Of a DNA stretch of 64,000 bases, positions 1-10,833 are shown piece by piece; position 1 is the stretch's first letter; each line of letters begins with the position of its first letter. This DNA comes from Mycobacterium sp. (GTDB lineage: Bacteria > Actinomycetota > Actinomycetes > Mycobacteriales > Mycobacteriaceae). The stretch is taken from NCBI RefSeq assembly GCF_025965975.1, contig NZ_JAOPVX010000020.1, one strand, 5' to 3'. A program made the translations under genes and the position numbers. The notes beneath the pieces were generated by a model. It saw only the letters and a program-made list of their open reading frames with translations, was not told where the DNA came from and made no database searches.

Positions 1-672
1 TCGTTCGAGATGCTGCGCTATGTCGGCGACCGGTTCTGGTTGATGCCCATGCCTGCGTGGTCGGCGAATCCGATCGACCCGATCTCGATCCGCGACGTCC
101 TGTACTACCTCGGCGCGGCTGCCGACATCGGCGGCGTTCCTGCGGGCGCGTATGACATCGTCGGTCCGGACACCACGTCGTACGGCGACCTGCTGCGCGC
201 CTACGCCAGGATATCGGGTAAGTGGCGTGCGGAGCTGCCCGTCAACGGGGTGGATACCAGTGTGGTGTCGTGGATGACGGCGGCGGTGCTGCCGGTCCCT
301 GGCGGCCTTGCCGCCGATCTGGTGCAGTCCCTTGACCATCCGATGATGGCCTCCGAGGCAGGGCTGCGCGATCTGGTGTCCGACCCACCCGGCGGGCTGG
401 TGGGCATCGACGCCGCGATATCCCGTGCGTTGTCGAGTGATCGGCCGCGACCGGTCAACGCGCTGGCCGATCCGCACCACCTGGCCGATACCGATCCGCA
501 CTGGGCCGGTGGGGACATGGTGCGAATCCAACAGCTGGCGCGGGCCGTCATCCCTTCGATCGCGCGGCCGGCGCTCGGCCTGCTCGGGCTGGTGCCGGGG
601 CCCGTCGCGGCCGCACTTCGAACCGGACTCGACACGATGATCAACTTGGCGTCGAAGGCGAGCCCGGCATGA
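1..672 (+). CDS. NAD(P)-dependent epimerase/dehydratase-like (SDR extended) protein, 5'-truncated by window edge
   Basis: Frame is open from base 1 (SFEMLRYV...DPISIRDVLYYL..GAYDIVGPDTTSYGDLL), typical of the C-terminal half of atypical SDRs; stop overlaps next ATG (ATGA at 669-672). Confidence 0.7.
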   Translation, partial: SFEMLRYVGDRFWLMPMPAWSANPIDPISIRDVLYYLGAAADIGGVPAGAYDIVGPDTTSYGDLLRAYARISGKWRAELPVNGVDTSVVSWMTAAVLPVPGGLAADLVQSLDHPMMASEAGLRDLVSDPPGGLVGIDAAISRALSSDRPRPVNALADPHHLADTDPHWAGGDMVRIQQLARAVIPSIARPALGLLGLVPGPVAAALRTGLDTMINLASKASPA

Positions 673-1391
673 CAGAGCCGACGGCGACGCGCGTGCGTTA
701 TCTCGACGAGCTGCGCGACATCGTCAGCACGGTTGCGGTGCCCTACCACGAACCGCCAGCGGTGAAACGGCGGCGGCGGATCGTCGTCACGGTGGTGCTC
801 GTGATCGGCGGTGCGCTGCTTGGGTATTCGTTGACCCGTCGGCCAGGTGACGAGTCGTTCTACTGGCTCATGCTTGCGCTTGCGGCGGTGTGGGCGCTCG
901 GTGCCTTCGCCTCCGGCCCGCTGCATCTCGGCAGTGTGCGGTTCCGCGGCCGCAACCAGCGTCCGGTGATCACCGGGACCGTGGTCGGTTTGGCGGTCGG
1001 CGGCGTGTTTCTGGCGGGCGGCCAAATCGCGCGCGAAATTCCCGGCCTGCGCGAATTCGTGGTCCGTGTCCTCGATTTCGCCAACCACGGTCCGCTGGCG
1101 CTGGTGGTGTTAATAACCGTGATCAACGGGATCGCGGAGGAGCTGTTCTTCCGCGGCGCGCTCTACACCGCGCTGGGGAAGGCCTACCCGGCCGTGGTGT
1201 CAACGGTCATCTATGTGATCGTCACGTCGGCCACCACCGGAAACCCGATGCTGGGTTTCGCCGCGATGATTGTGGGCGCGGTGTGCGCGTTCGAACGCCG
1301 CGCCACCGGTGGCGTGCTGGCACCGACGCTGACCCACTTCTTCTGGGGACTGGTCATGGTGCTTGCGCTGCCGCCGGTGTTCGGCGTCTAG
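669..1391 (+). CDS. CPBP family (Abi/CAAX) intramembrane glutamic endopeptidase
   Basis: Multiple TM segments; EELFFRG motif and later HFFWG motif. Confidence 0.85.
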   Translation: MTEPTATRVRYLDELRDIVSTVAVPYHEPPAVKRRRRIVVTVVLVIGGALLGYSLTRRPGDESFYWLMLALAAVWALGAFASGPLHLGSVRFRGRNQRPVITGTVVGLAVGGVFLAGGQIAREIPGLREFVVRVLDFANHGPLALVVLITVINGIAEELFFRGALYTALGKAYPAVVSTVIYVIVTSATTGNPMLGFAAMIVGAVCAFERRATGGVLAPTLTHFFWGLVMVLALPPVFGV

Positions 1392-1417
1392 CGCAACGGG
1401 TTCGCCGGCTCGTCGGC

Positions 1418-1588
1418 CTAGAACGGGTCGTAAAGAGATGGGATCGTCTTGCGGTCGGCCAGCTTCTCAACCACCCAAGGTCTTCGATCGCCCCGTGCAT
1501 GCGAGTTCCGCGAAGGAAACTCGATGCATGTGCCGACGTATTTCCCGGCCTCCGGCGACCATTCAGCTCGGTAGGTGTAGCTGTCCAC
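1418..1588 (-). pseudogene. Internally deleted HicB-family antitoxin remnant
   Basis: GTG at 1588 gives MDSYTYRAEWSPEAGKYVGTCIEFPS (HicB N-terminal signature) joined directly to WVVEKLA..PSLYDPF (resembles the RHH tail); only 56 aa, middle missing; no hicA adjacent. Confidence 0.65.
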
Positions 1589-1632
1589 GACGCCGATCTT
1601 CGCGACGCCGTCCGACAATTGGGACTGTTCGG

Positions 1633-1660
1633 AACGTGATATCGCCTGCGATATCACGTT
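1633..1660. promoter_or_regulatory. Perfect 12-bp inverted repeat (TA operator or echA terminator)
   Basis: AACGTGATATCG-CCTG-CGATATCACGTT, upstream of the hicB remnant and 24 nt downstream of the echA stop. Confidence 0.55.
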
Positions 1661-1683
1661 TCAGGCGAGGCACATGCCCGGTT

Positions 1684-2493
1684 CTAGGAGTCGGTGAACT
1701 TCGCGGGTCTGCGCTGCTGGAAGGCCTTGGTGCCCTCGCGGAAGTCGTTCGACTCGATCAGCACCAGCTGGCCCTGCTTCTCATGCTCCAGCGTTGCCTC
1801 CAACCCCGTCAGCGTCGCTTCGTTGATCGCGTTCTTGGTCTTGCGCAGCGCCACCACCGGTCCGGACACCAACGTGGCCACCACCTTGTCCACCTCGGCG
1901 TCGAACTGATCGGCCGGATACACCGCCGTCACCAGGCCCCATTCGCGCGCCTCCACCGCAGGGATCCGCTCGGCCAGCAGCACCATCCGCATCGCGCGGA
2001 TGCGGCCGACCGCCGCGGCGATCAACGCCGAAGCGCCACCATCGGGCATCAGCCCGATCTTCGTGAACGCCAGCATGAAAAATGCCTTCTCCGAGGCCAA
2101 TACGACATCACACGCCAACGCCAAAGAGGCCCCGACCCCGGCCGCAGGGCCCTGCACGGCCGCGACCACCGGCTGCGGCAGGTTCACGATCGACAGGACC
2201 GCGCGATTGGCCGCGTCGAGGACATCGGCAGGCGTGCCGCTCGCACCGGGACTGGCGTGGTCCTGCTCGCTGATCCCGGCGCCCGACGAGAAGCCGCGTC
2301 CGGCACCGCCGAGCCGCACCACCCTGACCCGCGGGTCGCCCGCGGCCTGCTGCAGCGCGTCGGCGATCCCATTGAGCATCGCCGCCGTCAGCGAATTCAG
2401 GCTGTCCGGACGGTTCATCGTCACCGACAGCACGCCGTCGGTCAGTGTCACTGTGAGATCGTCGATGCCGGTGTAGCAGTCGGTGGTTGTCAT
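1684..2493 (-). CDS. echA: Enoyl-CoA hydratase/isomerase
   Basis: Crotonase motifs: NRPDSLNSL, FSSGAG, GPAAGVGASLALACD, GLMPDGG. Confidence 0.92.
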   Translation of the reverse strand: MTTTDCYTGIDDLTVTLTDGVLSVTMNRPDSLNSLTAAMLNGIADALQQAAGDPRVRVVRLGGAGRGFSSGAGISEQDHASPGASGTPADVLDAANRAVLSIVNLPQPVVAAVQGPAAGVGASLALACDVVLASEKAFFMLAFTKIGLMPDGGASALIAAAVGRIRAMRMVLLAERIPAVEAREWGLVTAVYPADQFDAEVDKVVATLVSGPVVALRKTKNAINEATLTGLEATLEHEKQGQLVLIESNDFREGTKAFQQRRPAKFTDS

Positions 2494-2538
2494 TTCTGCA
2501 GCCTAAGTTCGGCGGGCAGATGGCCCGCAGCCGGTTCG

Positions 2539-2554
2539 ACTTGGTTATACAAGT
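2539..2554. promoter_or_regulatory. Palindromic operator candidate in the echA/mcr divergent region
   Basis: ACTTG-GTTATA-CAAGT; resembles HutC-subfamily GntR boxes. Confidence 0.5.
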
Positions 2555-2588
2555 AAGCTATGTCGCGGTCAACTAGAGAGGGTAGGCA

Positions 2589-3680
2589 ATGGCGGGACCA
2601 CTGCACGGATTGCGCGTCGTCGAACTGGCCAGCATCGGCCCCGGACCTCACGCCGCGATGATTCTCGGCGACCTCGGCGCCGACGTCGTCCGCGTCGAGC
2701 GGCCGGGTCCGCTCGGGGGAACGCCGAAGGCCAGCCGCGATGCCACCCAGCGCAATCGCCGCTCAGTGGCAGCGAATCTGAAGACCGACGAGGGTCGCGA
2801 CCTGGTGCTTGCGCTGATCGCCAAGGCCGACGTGCTCATCGAGGGACTTCGGCCGGGCGTCACCGAGCGGTTGGGTCTTGGTCCGGATGACTGTGCGAAG
2901 GTCAACGAACGGCTGATCTACGCGCGCATGACCGGGTGGGGGCAGACCGGGCCGCGACGGTTGCAGGCCGGCCACGACATCAACTACATCTCACTCAACG
3001 GTGTGCTGCACTCCATTGGGCGCGCGGGCGAGCGGCCCGTCCCACCGCTGAATCTGACCGGCGACTTCGGCGGCGGCTCGCTCTTCCTGATCGTCGGCGT
3101 CCTGTCGGCGCTATGGGAGCGGCAGACCTCGGGTAAGGGCCAGGTGGTCGACGCCGCGATGATCGACGGCTCGAGCGTTCTGATCCAGATGGTCTGGCAG
3201 ATGCGGGCCAGCGGCATGTGGTCCGACGAACGCGGCGTCAACATGCTTGACGGCGGTGCCCCGTACTACGACACGTACACGTGCGCCGACGGCCGCTACG
3301 TCGCGGTCGGGGCGATCGAGCCGCAGTTCTACGCTGAGATGCTCAAGGGCCTCGGCTTGGACGGCGCCGATCTGCCCGACCAGAACGACGTCGGCCGCTG
3401 GCAGGAGCTGCGCGCGCGCCTGGCCGAGGTCTTCGCGTCGCAGGACCGCGATCACTGGGCCAAGGTGTTCGCCGAGAGCGACGCGTGTGTGACGCCGGTG
3501 CTGTCGTTCGGCGAGGTCGAGACCGAACCGCACGTCACCGAGCGGGGCACGTTCTACCGCGACGGCGACTACCTGCAGCCGATGCCCGCGCCGCGGTTTT
3601 CGCGCACCGCGCCATCGACGCCGAAACCGCCGGGAGTGCCCGGCGCCGACCCCGAAGCCGTCCTACGCGACTGGGTATAG
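2589..3680 (+). CDS. mcr: Alpha-methylacyl-CoA racemase (CaiB/BaiF CoA-transferase III fold)
   Basis: [61 protein letters not shown]. Confidence 0.93.
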   Translation: MAGPLHGLRVVELASIGPGPHAAMILGDLGADVVRVERPGPLGGTPKASRDATQRNRRSVAANLKTDEGRDLVLALIAKADVLIEGLRPGVTERLGLGPDDCAKVNERLIYARMTGWGQTGPRRLQAGHDINYISLNGVLHSIGRAGERPVPPLNLTGDFGGGSLFLIVGVLSALWERQTSGKGQVVDAAMIDGSSVLIQMVWQMRASGMWSDERGVNMLDGGAPYYDTYTCADGRYVAVGAIEPQFYAEMLKGLGLDGADLPDQNDVGRWQELRARLAEVFASQDRDHWAKVFAESDACVTPVLSFGEVETEPHVTERGTFYRDGDYLQPMPAPRFSRTAPSTPKPPGVPGADPEAVLRDWV

Positions 3681-3697
3681 AGAAAGGAACGCAATCA

Positions 3698-4440
3698 GTG
3701 GAGATCAGAGACGCTGTCGCCGTCGTGACCGGTGGTGCCTCCGGGTTGGGCCTTGCCACCACGAAGCGCCTGCTGGATGCGGGCGCCCAGGTGGTTGTTC
3801 TGGACATCCGCGGCAAGGAGGCGGTCGCCGAACTGGGTGAGCGCGCGGTGTTCGCCGAGACCGACGTCACCGACGAAGCCGCCGTGACCGCCGCGCTCGA
3901 CACCGCCGAGTCGCTCGGCCCGATTCGCATCGTGGTGAACTGTGCGGGAACCGGCAACGCGATCAAAACGCTTGGCAAGGACGGGCCCTTCCCGCTCGAC
4001 CTGTTCCGCAAGGTCGTCGAGATCAACCTGATCGGCACATTCAACGTGATCCGGTTGGGCGCCGAGCGGATCGCCAAGACCGAGCCGATCAGCGGGGAGC
4101 GGGGCGTCATCGTCAACACCGCGTCGGTCGCGGCCTTCGACGGGCAGATCGGTCAGGCCGCCTACTCCGCATCAAAGGGCGGGGTCGTTGGCATGACGCT
4201 GCCCATCGCCCGCGACCTGTCGCGGGACCTGATCCGGGTCGTCACCATCGCCCCTGGCCTGTTCGACACGCCGCTGCTGGCGGGGCTGCCCGAGCCGGCC
4301 AAGGAGTCGCTGGGCCAGCAGGTGCCGCACCCCTCGCGGCTGGGCAAGCCCGACGAGTACGGTGCGCTGGCCATGCACATCGTGGAAAACCCGATGCTCA
4401 ACGGTGAGGTGATCCGCCTCGACGGCGCGATTCGGATGGC

Positions 4441-4450
<10 letters not shown>
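3698..4450 (+). CDS. 3-hydroxyacyl-CoA dehydrogenase type 2 (SDR)
   Basis: GTG start with AGAAAGGA upstream; [19 protein letters not shown] motifs; HSD10-like C-terminus [10 protein letters not shown]. Confidence 0.92.
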
Positions 4451-5559
<1,109 letters not shown>

Positions 5560-5633
5560 AAACGGGATATCGACGAAGGGCCCGTGCAGGCAAAATGTCG
5601 TGGGTGAACGCGCGCCGTGCGGCGCGCGCCTAC

Positions 5634-5789
5634 TCAGACAGCGGTTGGCAGGGTGTGCTCGTCGTCGAGCTGCTCCGAGGTGTCACCCTCCACCAGGACA
5701 TCGCCGTGGTAGAGCGCCTCGAAGTCAACCTTGATGACATCAGCACTGGTGTCGTCGATCCACATGTACTGGACAGTAACCGTCACCAT
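5634..5789 (-). CDS. Small acidic protein, 51 aa (below ORF-track cut-off)
   Basis: ATG...TGA: MVTVTVQYMWIDDTSADVIKVDFEALYHGDVLVEGDTSEQLDDEHTLPTAV; mostly G/C-ending codons. Confidence 0.65.
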   Translation of the reverse strand: MVTVTVQYMWIDDTSADVIKVDFEALYHGDVLVEGDTSEQLDDEHTLPTAV

Positions 5790-5999
5790 TAAGGAATCTT
5801 TGAGTCACGATTCGGAAAATGGTGGCAATTCTTACCGCCGGGTAGGTTCACGAGCTACCCGCGAGTAGCCCCATGCCGCCCGCGGTCACCAGGGACGCGG
5901 CGAACTGCCGCAGGCCAGGCGGCTGTGGAGAAGCTCTAAACGCGCCGCTGGTGAACAGCACCCGGTGTTGCGCCGTAACTACCGTAGGCCAGAGACGCG

Positions 6000-6031
6000 T
6001 TGACAATCCTAAGTTATCGCAGATAAGTTAG
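6000..6031 (+). promoter_or_regulatory. SigA-type promoter with overlapping TetR-type operator for the mmpL operon
   Basis: TTGACA (6000-6005), 18 nt, TAAGTT (6024-6029); near-perfect palindrome CTAAGTTATC-GCA-GATAAGTTAG (6009-6031). Confidence 0.65.
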
Positions 6032-6071
6032 CCGCGATATCCGAAAAAGTGATCGGCGGGAAGGACGCGAC

Positions 6072-8384
6072 GTGCTGCAACGAATCGCACCGCTGGCCAT
6101 TGCCGCGCCACGACGAATCATTGCGGTCGCCGCGCTTGTCATGCTGGCCTGCGGCATCTTCGGGATTCCGGTCGCAAAGAGCCTGTCCGCCGGGGGGTTC
6201 CAGGACCCGACGTCGGAGTCGGCAAAGGCGACCAAGCAGCTGGTCGACAAGTTCGGCCAGGGCGACATGCAGTTGTTGATCAGTGTGACCGACAACAACG
6301 CGGCCCAGGGTGCGCAGAGCCCGGCGGCAAGCTCGGTCGGTAAGGACATCGCGGGGCGGCTGCAGGCGTCGCCGTACATAGCGCAGGTGACCTCGGCGTG
6401 GACCGCGCCGCCGCCCGCCGTGCCAGCGCTGATCAGCAAGGACGGCAAGACCGGGCTGATCGTCGCAGGGATCACCGGCGGCGAGAGCGGCGCGCAGAAG
6501 CACGCCAAGACGCTGACCGACCAACTCGTTCATGACCGCGACGGCGTCACCGTACGCGCAGGCGGCGAGGCGATGACGTACGTGCAGATCAACGGTCAGA
6601 GCGAAAAAGACCTGTTGACAATGGAATCGATCGCGATCCCGCTGAGCTTCGTTGTGCTGGTCTGGGTGTTCGGCGGCCTGATGGCCGCGGCGCTGCCGCT
6701 GGCCGTCGGCGGGTTCGCGATCCTCGGGTCGATGGCCGTGCTGCGGGCCATCACCTTGGTCACCGACGTGTCGATCTTCGCGATGAACCTGACCGTCGCG
6801 ATGGGTCTGGCCCTGGCCATCGACTACACGCTGCTGATCATCAGCAGATACCGCGACGAGCTCGCCGACGGTGCCGACCGCGACCGCGCGCTGCGCCGCA
6901 CCATGGCGACCGCGGGCCGCACCGTTTTGTTCTCGGCGATGACCGTCGCGCTGTCGATGGTCGCGATGGTGTTGTTCCCGATGTACTTCCTGAAGTCGTT
7001 CGCCTATGCGGGCCTCGCGGTGGTGGCGTTCGCGGCCGTCGCCGCGATCGTGGTGGCGCCCGCGGCGATCGCGCTGCTTGGCGACCGGCTGGACTCGCTG
7101 GACGCGCGTCGGCTGGCTCGCTGGGTCTTCAGCAGGCCCGACCCGGTGCGCACGCCGATCGAGCAGAACTTCTGGTACCGCTCCACGAAATTCGTTATGC
7201 GCCGGGCGATTCCGGTCGGCGTCGCGATCATCGCGCTGCTGCTGGTCCTTGGGGCGCCGTTCCTTGGCATCAAGTGGGGGTTCCCCGACGATCGGGTGCT
7301 GCCGCAGTCCTTGTCGGCGCGCCAGGTCGGTGACGAGCTGCGCAGCGACTTCGCCGTCGACTCTGCGCGCAACGTCATCGTCGTCATACCGGACACCACG
7401 GGGATCACGCCCACCGAACTCGACCGCTATGCGTCGGCGCTGTCGCAGGTGCCCGAGGTGTCGTCGGTGTCGTCGTCGGGCGGCACGTTCGTCGGCGGCA
7501 GACCCGCAGGACCGCCGTCGGCGGCCACCGGCCTCAAGGACGGCGGCGCGTTCCTCACCGTTGGCAGTACCGCACCGCTGTTCACCGACGCGTCCGAAAC
7601 CCAGCTCGACCGACTGCGCGCGGTCAGCCCACCGGCAGGCCAGCAGGTGGCGCTGACCGGCGTCGCGCAGATCAACCGCGATAGTTCCCAGTCGATCACT
7701 TCGCGACTGCCGACGGTCCTCGGGATCATCGCCGCAATTACGTTCGTGCTGATGTTCCTGCTCACCGGCAGCGTGGTGTTGCCGCTGAAGGCGTTGGTGC
7801 TCAACGTCTTATCGCTGACTGCCGCATTCGGCGCGCTGGTGTGGATCTTCCAGGACGGCCATCTCGGCGCGCTGGGCACCACACCGACAGGAACGCTGGT
7901 GGCCAACATGCCCGTGCTGTTGTTCTGCGTCGCGTTCGGGCTTTCGATGGACTACGAGGTCTTCCTTGTCTCGCGCATCCGCGAGTACTGGCTAACGGCC
8001 GGAGCCGCTGGGCCCGCGACGGAGGGCCGCGCTAAGACGAGGGCCGACAACGACGAGAGCGTCGCGCTCGGCCTGGCACGCACCGGCCGCGTGGTGACCG
8101 CGGCCGCGCTGCTGATGTCGATCTCGTTCGCCGCGTTGATCGCCGCGCAGGTGGCGTTCATGCGGATGTTCGGCCTCGGCCTGACGCTCGCGGTGCTGGT
8201 CGACGCGACCCTGGTCCGCATGCTGCTGGTGCCCGCGTTCATGCATGTGCTCGGCCGGTGGAACTGGTGGGCGCCCAAGCCGTTGGCCCGCCTGCACGAG
8301 CGCATCGGCATCAGCGAGTCAGGTGACGAGGACAATTCCGACGCGGGTAGACGCGAACGGGTCCCGGTGGCGGACACTGGTTAG
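6072..8384 (+). CDS. MMPL family (RND) transporter, MmpL13-like
   Basis: Two repeats of periplasmic domain plus TM block; GLALAIDYTLLIISRYRDE and GLSMDYEVFLVSRIRE motifs. Confidence 0.92.
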   Translation: MLQRIAPLAIAAPRRIIAVAALVMLACGIFGIPVAKSLSAGGFQDPTSESAKATKQLVDKFGQGDMQLLISVTDNNAAQGAQSPAASSVGKDIAGRLQASPYIAQVTSAWTAPPPAVPALISKDGKTGLIVAGITGGESGAQKHAKTLTDQLVHDRDGVTVRAGGEAMTYVQINGQSEKDLLTMESIAIPLSFVVLVWVFGGLMAAALPLAVGGFAILGSMAVLRAITLVTDVSIFAMNLTVAMGLALAIDYTLLIISRYRDELADGADRDRALRRTMATAGRTVLFSAMTVALSMVAMVLFPMYFLKSFAYAGLAVVAFAAVAAIVVAPAAIALLGDRLDSLDARRLARWVFSRPDPVRTPIEQNFWYRSTKFVMRRAIPVGVAIIALLLVLGAPFLGIKWGFPDDRVLPQSLSARQVGDELRSDFAVDSARNVIVVIPDTTGITPTELDRYASALSQVPEVSSVSSSGGTFVGGRPAGPPSAATGLKDGGAFLTVGSTAPLFTDASETQLDRLRAVSPPAGQQVALTGVAQINRDSSQSITSRLPTVLGIIAAITFVLMFLLTGSVVLPLKALVLNVLSLTAAFGALVWIFQDGHLGALGTTPTGTLVANMPVLLFCVAFGLSMDYEVFLVSRIREYWLTAGAAGPATEGRAKTRADNDESVALGLARTGRVVTAAALLMSISFAALIAAQVAFMRMFGLGLTLAVLVDATLVRMLLVPAFMHVLGRWNWWAPKPLARLHERIGISESGDEDNSDAGRRERVPVADTG

Positions 8385-8388
8385 CGTG

Positions 8389-9072
8389 GTGGCCGAGCAC
8401 TTGCGCCGTCGCCGCGCGCCGCGCGGTTCAGGCGAGCAGTTGCGCGAGGAGATCCTCGACGCGACCACCGAACTGCTGCTCGACACCGGTCACGCCAAAT
8501 CGGTGTCCATCCGGTTGGTGGCGCAGCGCGTCGGGGTGACGCCGCCATCGATCTATCTGCACTTCGCCGACAAGGACGCGCTGCTGGACGCGGTGTGCGC
8601 GCGGTACTTCGAGAAGCTCGACGAGGAGATGTGGCAACTCGCGGCCGATCAGCCGTCGACGATCGACGTGCTGCGCGCGCAGGGCCTGGCCTACGTTCGC
8701 TTCGCGGTGAAAACGCCTGAGCTGTACCGGATCGCGATGATGGGTGAGGGCGGGCCCGGCAGCAACGTGGACATGGCGCTGAACACCTCAGCGTTCGTGC
8801 ACATGCGCACCTCGGTCGAGGCGCTGATCACCGAAGGCATCTACCCGCAGGGCGATGCCACCACCCTGGCGCTGGAATTGTGGACGGTGACCCACGGGAT
8901 CGCGGCGCTGCTAATCTCGCGACCGTATCTGCCATGGGGAGACACCGAGGCATTCGCCGACCGGGTAATGAGAGCGGTGTGCATCGGCCACGTCGTGTCG
9001 GGCTCCATCGGGCCCGATGTGCCGCCGCGGGAGGGGATCGCCATGTTGAAGGGAATGCTCGATGAGCAATAG
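8389..9072 (+). CDS. TetR/AcrR family transcriptional regulator
   Basis: HTH VSIRLVAQRVGVTPPSIYLHF; start inferred at GTG 8386/8389. Confidence 0.9.
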   Translation: MAEHLRRRRAPRGSGEQLREEILDATTELLLDTGHAKSVSIRLVAQRVGVTPPSIYLHFADKDALLDAVCARYFEKLDEEMWQLAADQPSTIDVLRAQGLAYVRFAVKTPELYRIAMMGEGGPGSNVDMALNTSAFVHMRTSVEALITEGIYPQGDATTLALELWTVTHGIAALLISRPYLPWGDTEAFADRVMRAVCIGHVVSGSIGPDVPPREGIAMLKGMLDEQ

Positions 9073-9697
9073 CACCGTGGATAACCCGTTCTTCGCGCGG
9101 TTCTGGACATTCATGTCGGCGCGTGAGCCCGAATCCGTGCGGGCCTGGCGTCGCGAGGTTCTGGCTGCCGTCTCGGGTCGTGTTCTGGAAGTCGGAGCCG
9201 GCACCGGAACGAACTTCGCGCTATACCCCGACTCAGTCAAGGAAGTGGTCGCGCTCGAACCCGAGCGGCGGCTGACCCCGATCGCGCGCAAGGCGGCGTT
9301 GTCCGCGCCGGTGCCGGTTACGGTCTGTGACACCACGATCGAGTCCTTGGATGCCGGCGAACCGTTCGATGCGGTGGTCTGTTCGCTGGTGTTGTGCTCG
9401 GTCGACCAACCCGAAGCAGTGCTGCAACAAATCTTTTCGATACTGCGACCCGGCGGCGAGCTTCGTTATCTGGAGCACATCGCCAGCGCTGGCGCTCGCG
9501 GACGGCTGCAGCGGCTGGCCGACGCGACGGTGTGGCCCAGGCTGTTCGGCAACTGTCATACGCACCGCGACACCGAGCGCGCGATCGCCGATGCGGGCTT
9601 TCGGCCCCAGACCGCGAGGCACGACCTGGAGTTCCCGGCCTGGGTACCGATGCCGGTCTCCGAGGTGGTGATCGGCCGAGCGGTCAAACCGGCCTAG
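9062..9697 (+). CDS. Class I SAM-dependent methyltransferase
   Basis: VLEVGAGTG motif I; FDAVVCSLVLCSV; LRPGG. Confidence 0.9.
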   Translation: MSNSTVDNPFFARFWTFMSAREPESVRAWRREVLAAVSGRVLEVGAGTGTNFALYPDSVKEVVALEPERRLTPIARKAALSAPVPVTVCDTTIESLDAGEPFDAVVCSLVLCSVDQPEAVLQQIFSILRPGGELRYLEHIASAGARGRLQRLADATVWPRLFGNCHTHRDTERAIADAGFRPQTARHDLEFPAWVPMPVSEVVIGRAVKPA

Positions 9698-9705
9698 CTG
9701 CGCTC

Positions 9706-10419
9706 CTAGCCGAGCAGTGCGGGCAGCCTCTGTAGCAGTCCGGGCAGGGCACCCGCGGCGGTCTCGCGCAGCGACACCGTGGCGGCGTCGGAGAGCGGCG
9801 TGCGTTCCGGGTTAACCTCGATGACGGAGGTACCGCTGGCCAGCGCCAACTCGGGCAGCCCGGCCGCGGGGTAGACGATCGACGAGGTGCCAACCACGAT
9901 CACCACGTCGGAGGTGGTCACCGCGTCGAGCGAACGCTGCCACGCCGCATCGGGCAGCGGTTCGCCGAACCACACCACATTGGGCCGGATCAACCCGCCG
10001 CAGAGACACCGCGGCGGGTCGACCGACGCGACGGGTTGGGGCATCGCGGGGAGCTCGTCGCGATACTCACGTTGGCAACGGTCGCAACGGAATTCGAACA
10101 AGCTGCCGTGCAGATGGTAGACGCGCTTGCTACCAGCGCGCTCATGCAGATTGTCGACGTTCTGGGTGACGACGTGCACGTCGGCGTGGTCCTGCCAGGC
10201 CGCGACGGCGAGGTGGCCGTTGTTGGGCTGCACCGAGCCCATCATGTAATGCCGCCACAGGTACCAGGCCCACACCTTGTCAGGGTGTTCCCGCCAACCC
10301 TCCGCACTGGAGATTTCGTACGGGTCGACCTTTGCCCACAGGCCCGTTTCGGCGTCACGGAACGTCGGAACGCCGCTCTCGGCGGAAATGCCAGCTCCGC
10401 TGAGCACCGTCACTTGCAC
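9706..10419 (-). CDS. cobB: NAD-dependent protein deacylase (sirtuin)
   Basis: [32 protein letters not shown], CxxC...CxC zinc site, [10 protein letters not shown]. Confidence 0.95.
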   Translation of the reverse strand: MQVTVLSGAGISAESGVPTFRDAETGLWAKVDPYEISSAEGWREHPDKVWAWYLWRHYMMGSVQPNNGHLAVAAWQDHADVHVVTQNVDNLHERAGSKRVYHLHGSLFEFRCDRCQREYRDELPAMPQPVASVDPPRCLCGGLIRPNVVWFGEPLPDAAWQRSLDAVTTSDVVIVVGTSSIVYPAAGLPELALASGTSVIEVNPERTPLSDAATVSLRETAAGALPGLLQRLPALLG

Positions 10420-10455
10420 ATCACCAAACTAGCGGGTTTGCGCGATACTGAGCAC

Positions 10456-10821
10456 GTGGCCGAGTTGGGGGATTGGGTACGCGTCGACCCACACGCTGCC
10501 AAGCCGCTTTTCGACCAGCTCAGGACGCAGATCATCGACGGGATCCGGGACGGCACGCTGTCGCCGGGCGCCCGGTTGCCGACGGTCCGCGAACTGGCGG
10601 GGCAGATGAGCCTGGCGGTGAATACGGTGGCGCGTGCGTATCGGGAGCTGGAGTCGGCGGGCATGCTCGAAACCCGCGGCCGCTTCGGCACTTTCGTCGC
10701 GCGGATCGATCCAGCCGACACCGCGATGGCGACGGCGGCGCATACGTTTGTGTCGGCGGCCCGCGCGCTGGGGATCGACAAGGCCGAGGCGATGCGATAC
10801 GTCGAGGCGGCGTTCGGCTGA
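10456..10821 (+). CDS. GntR family (YtrA-like) transcriptional regulator
   Basis: [26 protein letters not shown] winged HTH with short C-terminus. Confidence 0.88.
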   Translation: MAELGDWVRVDPHAAKPLFDQLRTQIIDGIRDGTLSPGARLPTVRELAGQMSLAVNTVARAYRELESAGMLETRGRFGTFVARIDPADTAMATAAHTFVSAARALGIDKAEAMRYVEAAFG

Positions 10822-10833
10822 CTGACGAACATG

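Noticed and set aside
201-1088. Long antisense or alternate-frame ORFs (e.g. 201-1088, 1363-2556, 12783-14234, 30302-31792, 37127-38662, 45750-47225)
   Set aside because: They shadow well-supported genes; Arg/Gly/Pro-rich translations are expected from stop-codon scarcity at high GC.
5595-5792. Plus-strand 65-aa ORF
   Set aside because: Exact antisense of the better-supported minus-strand 51-aa ORF.
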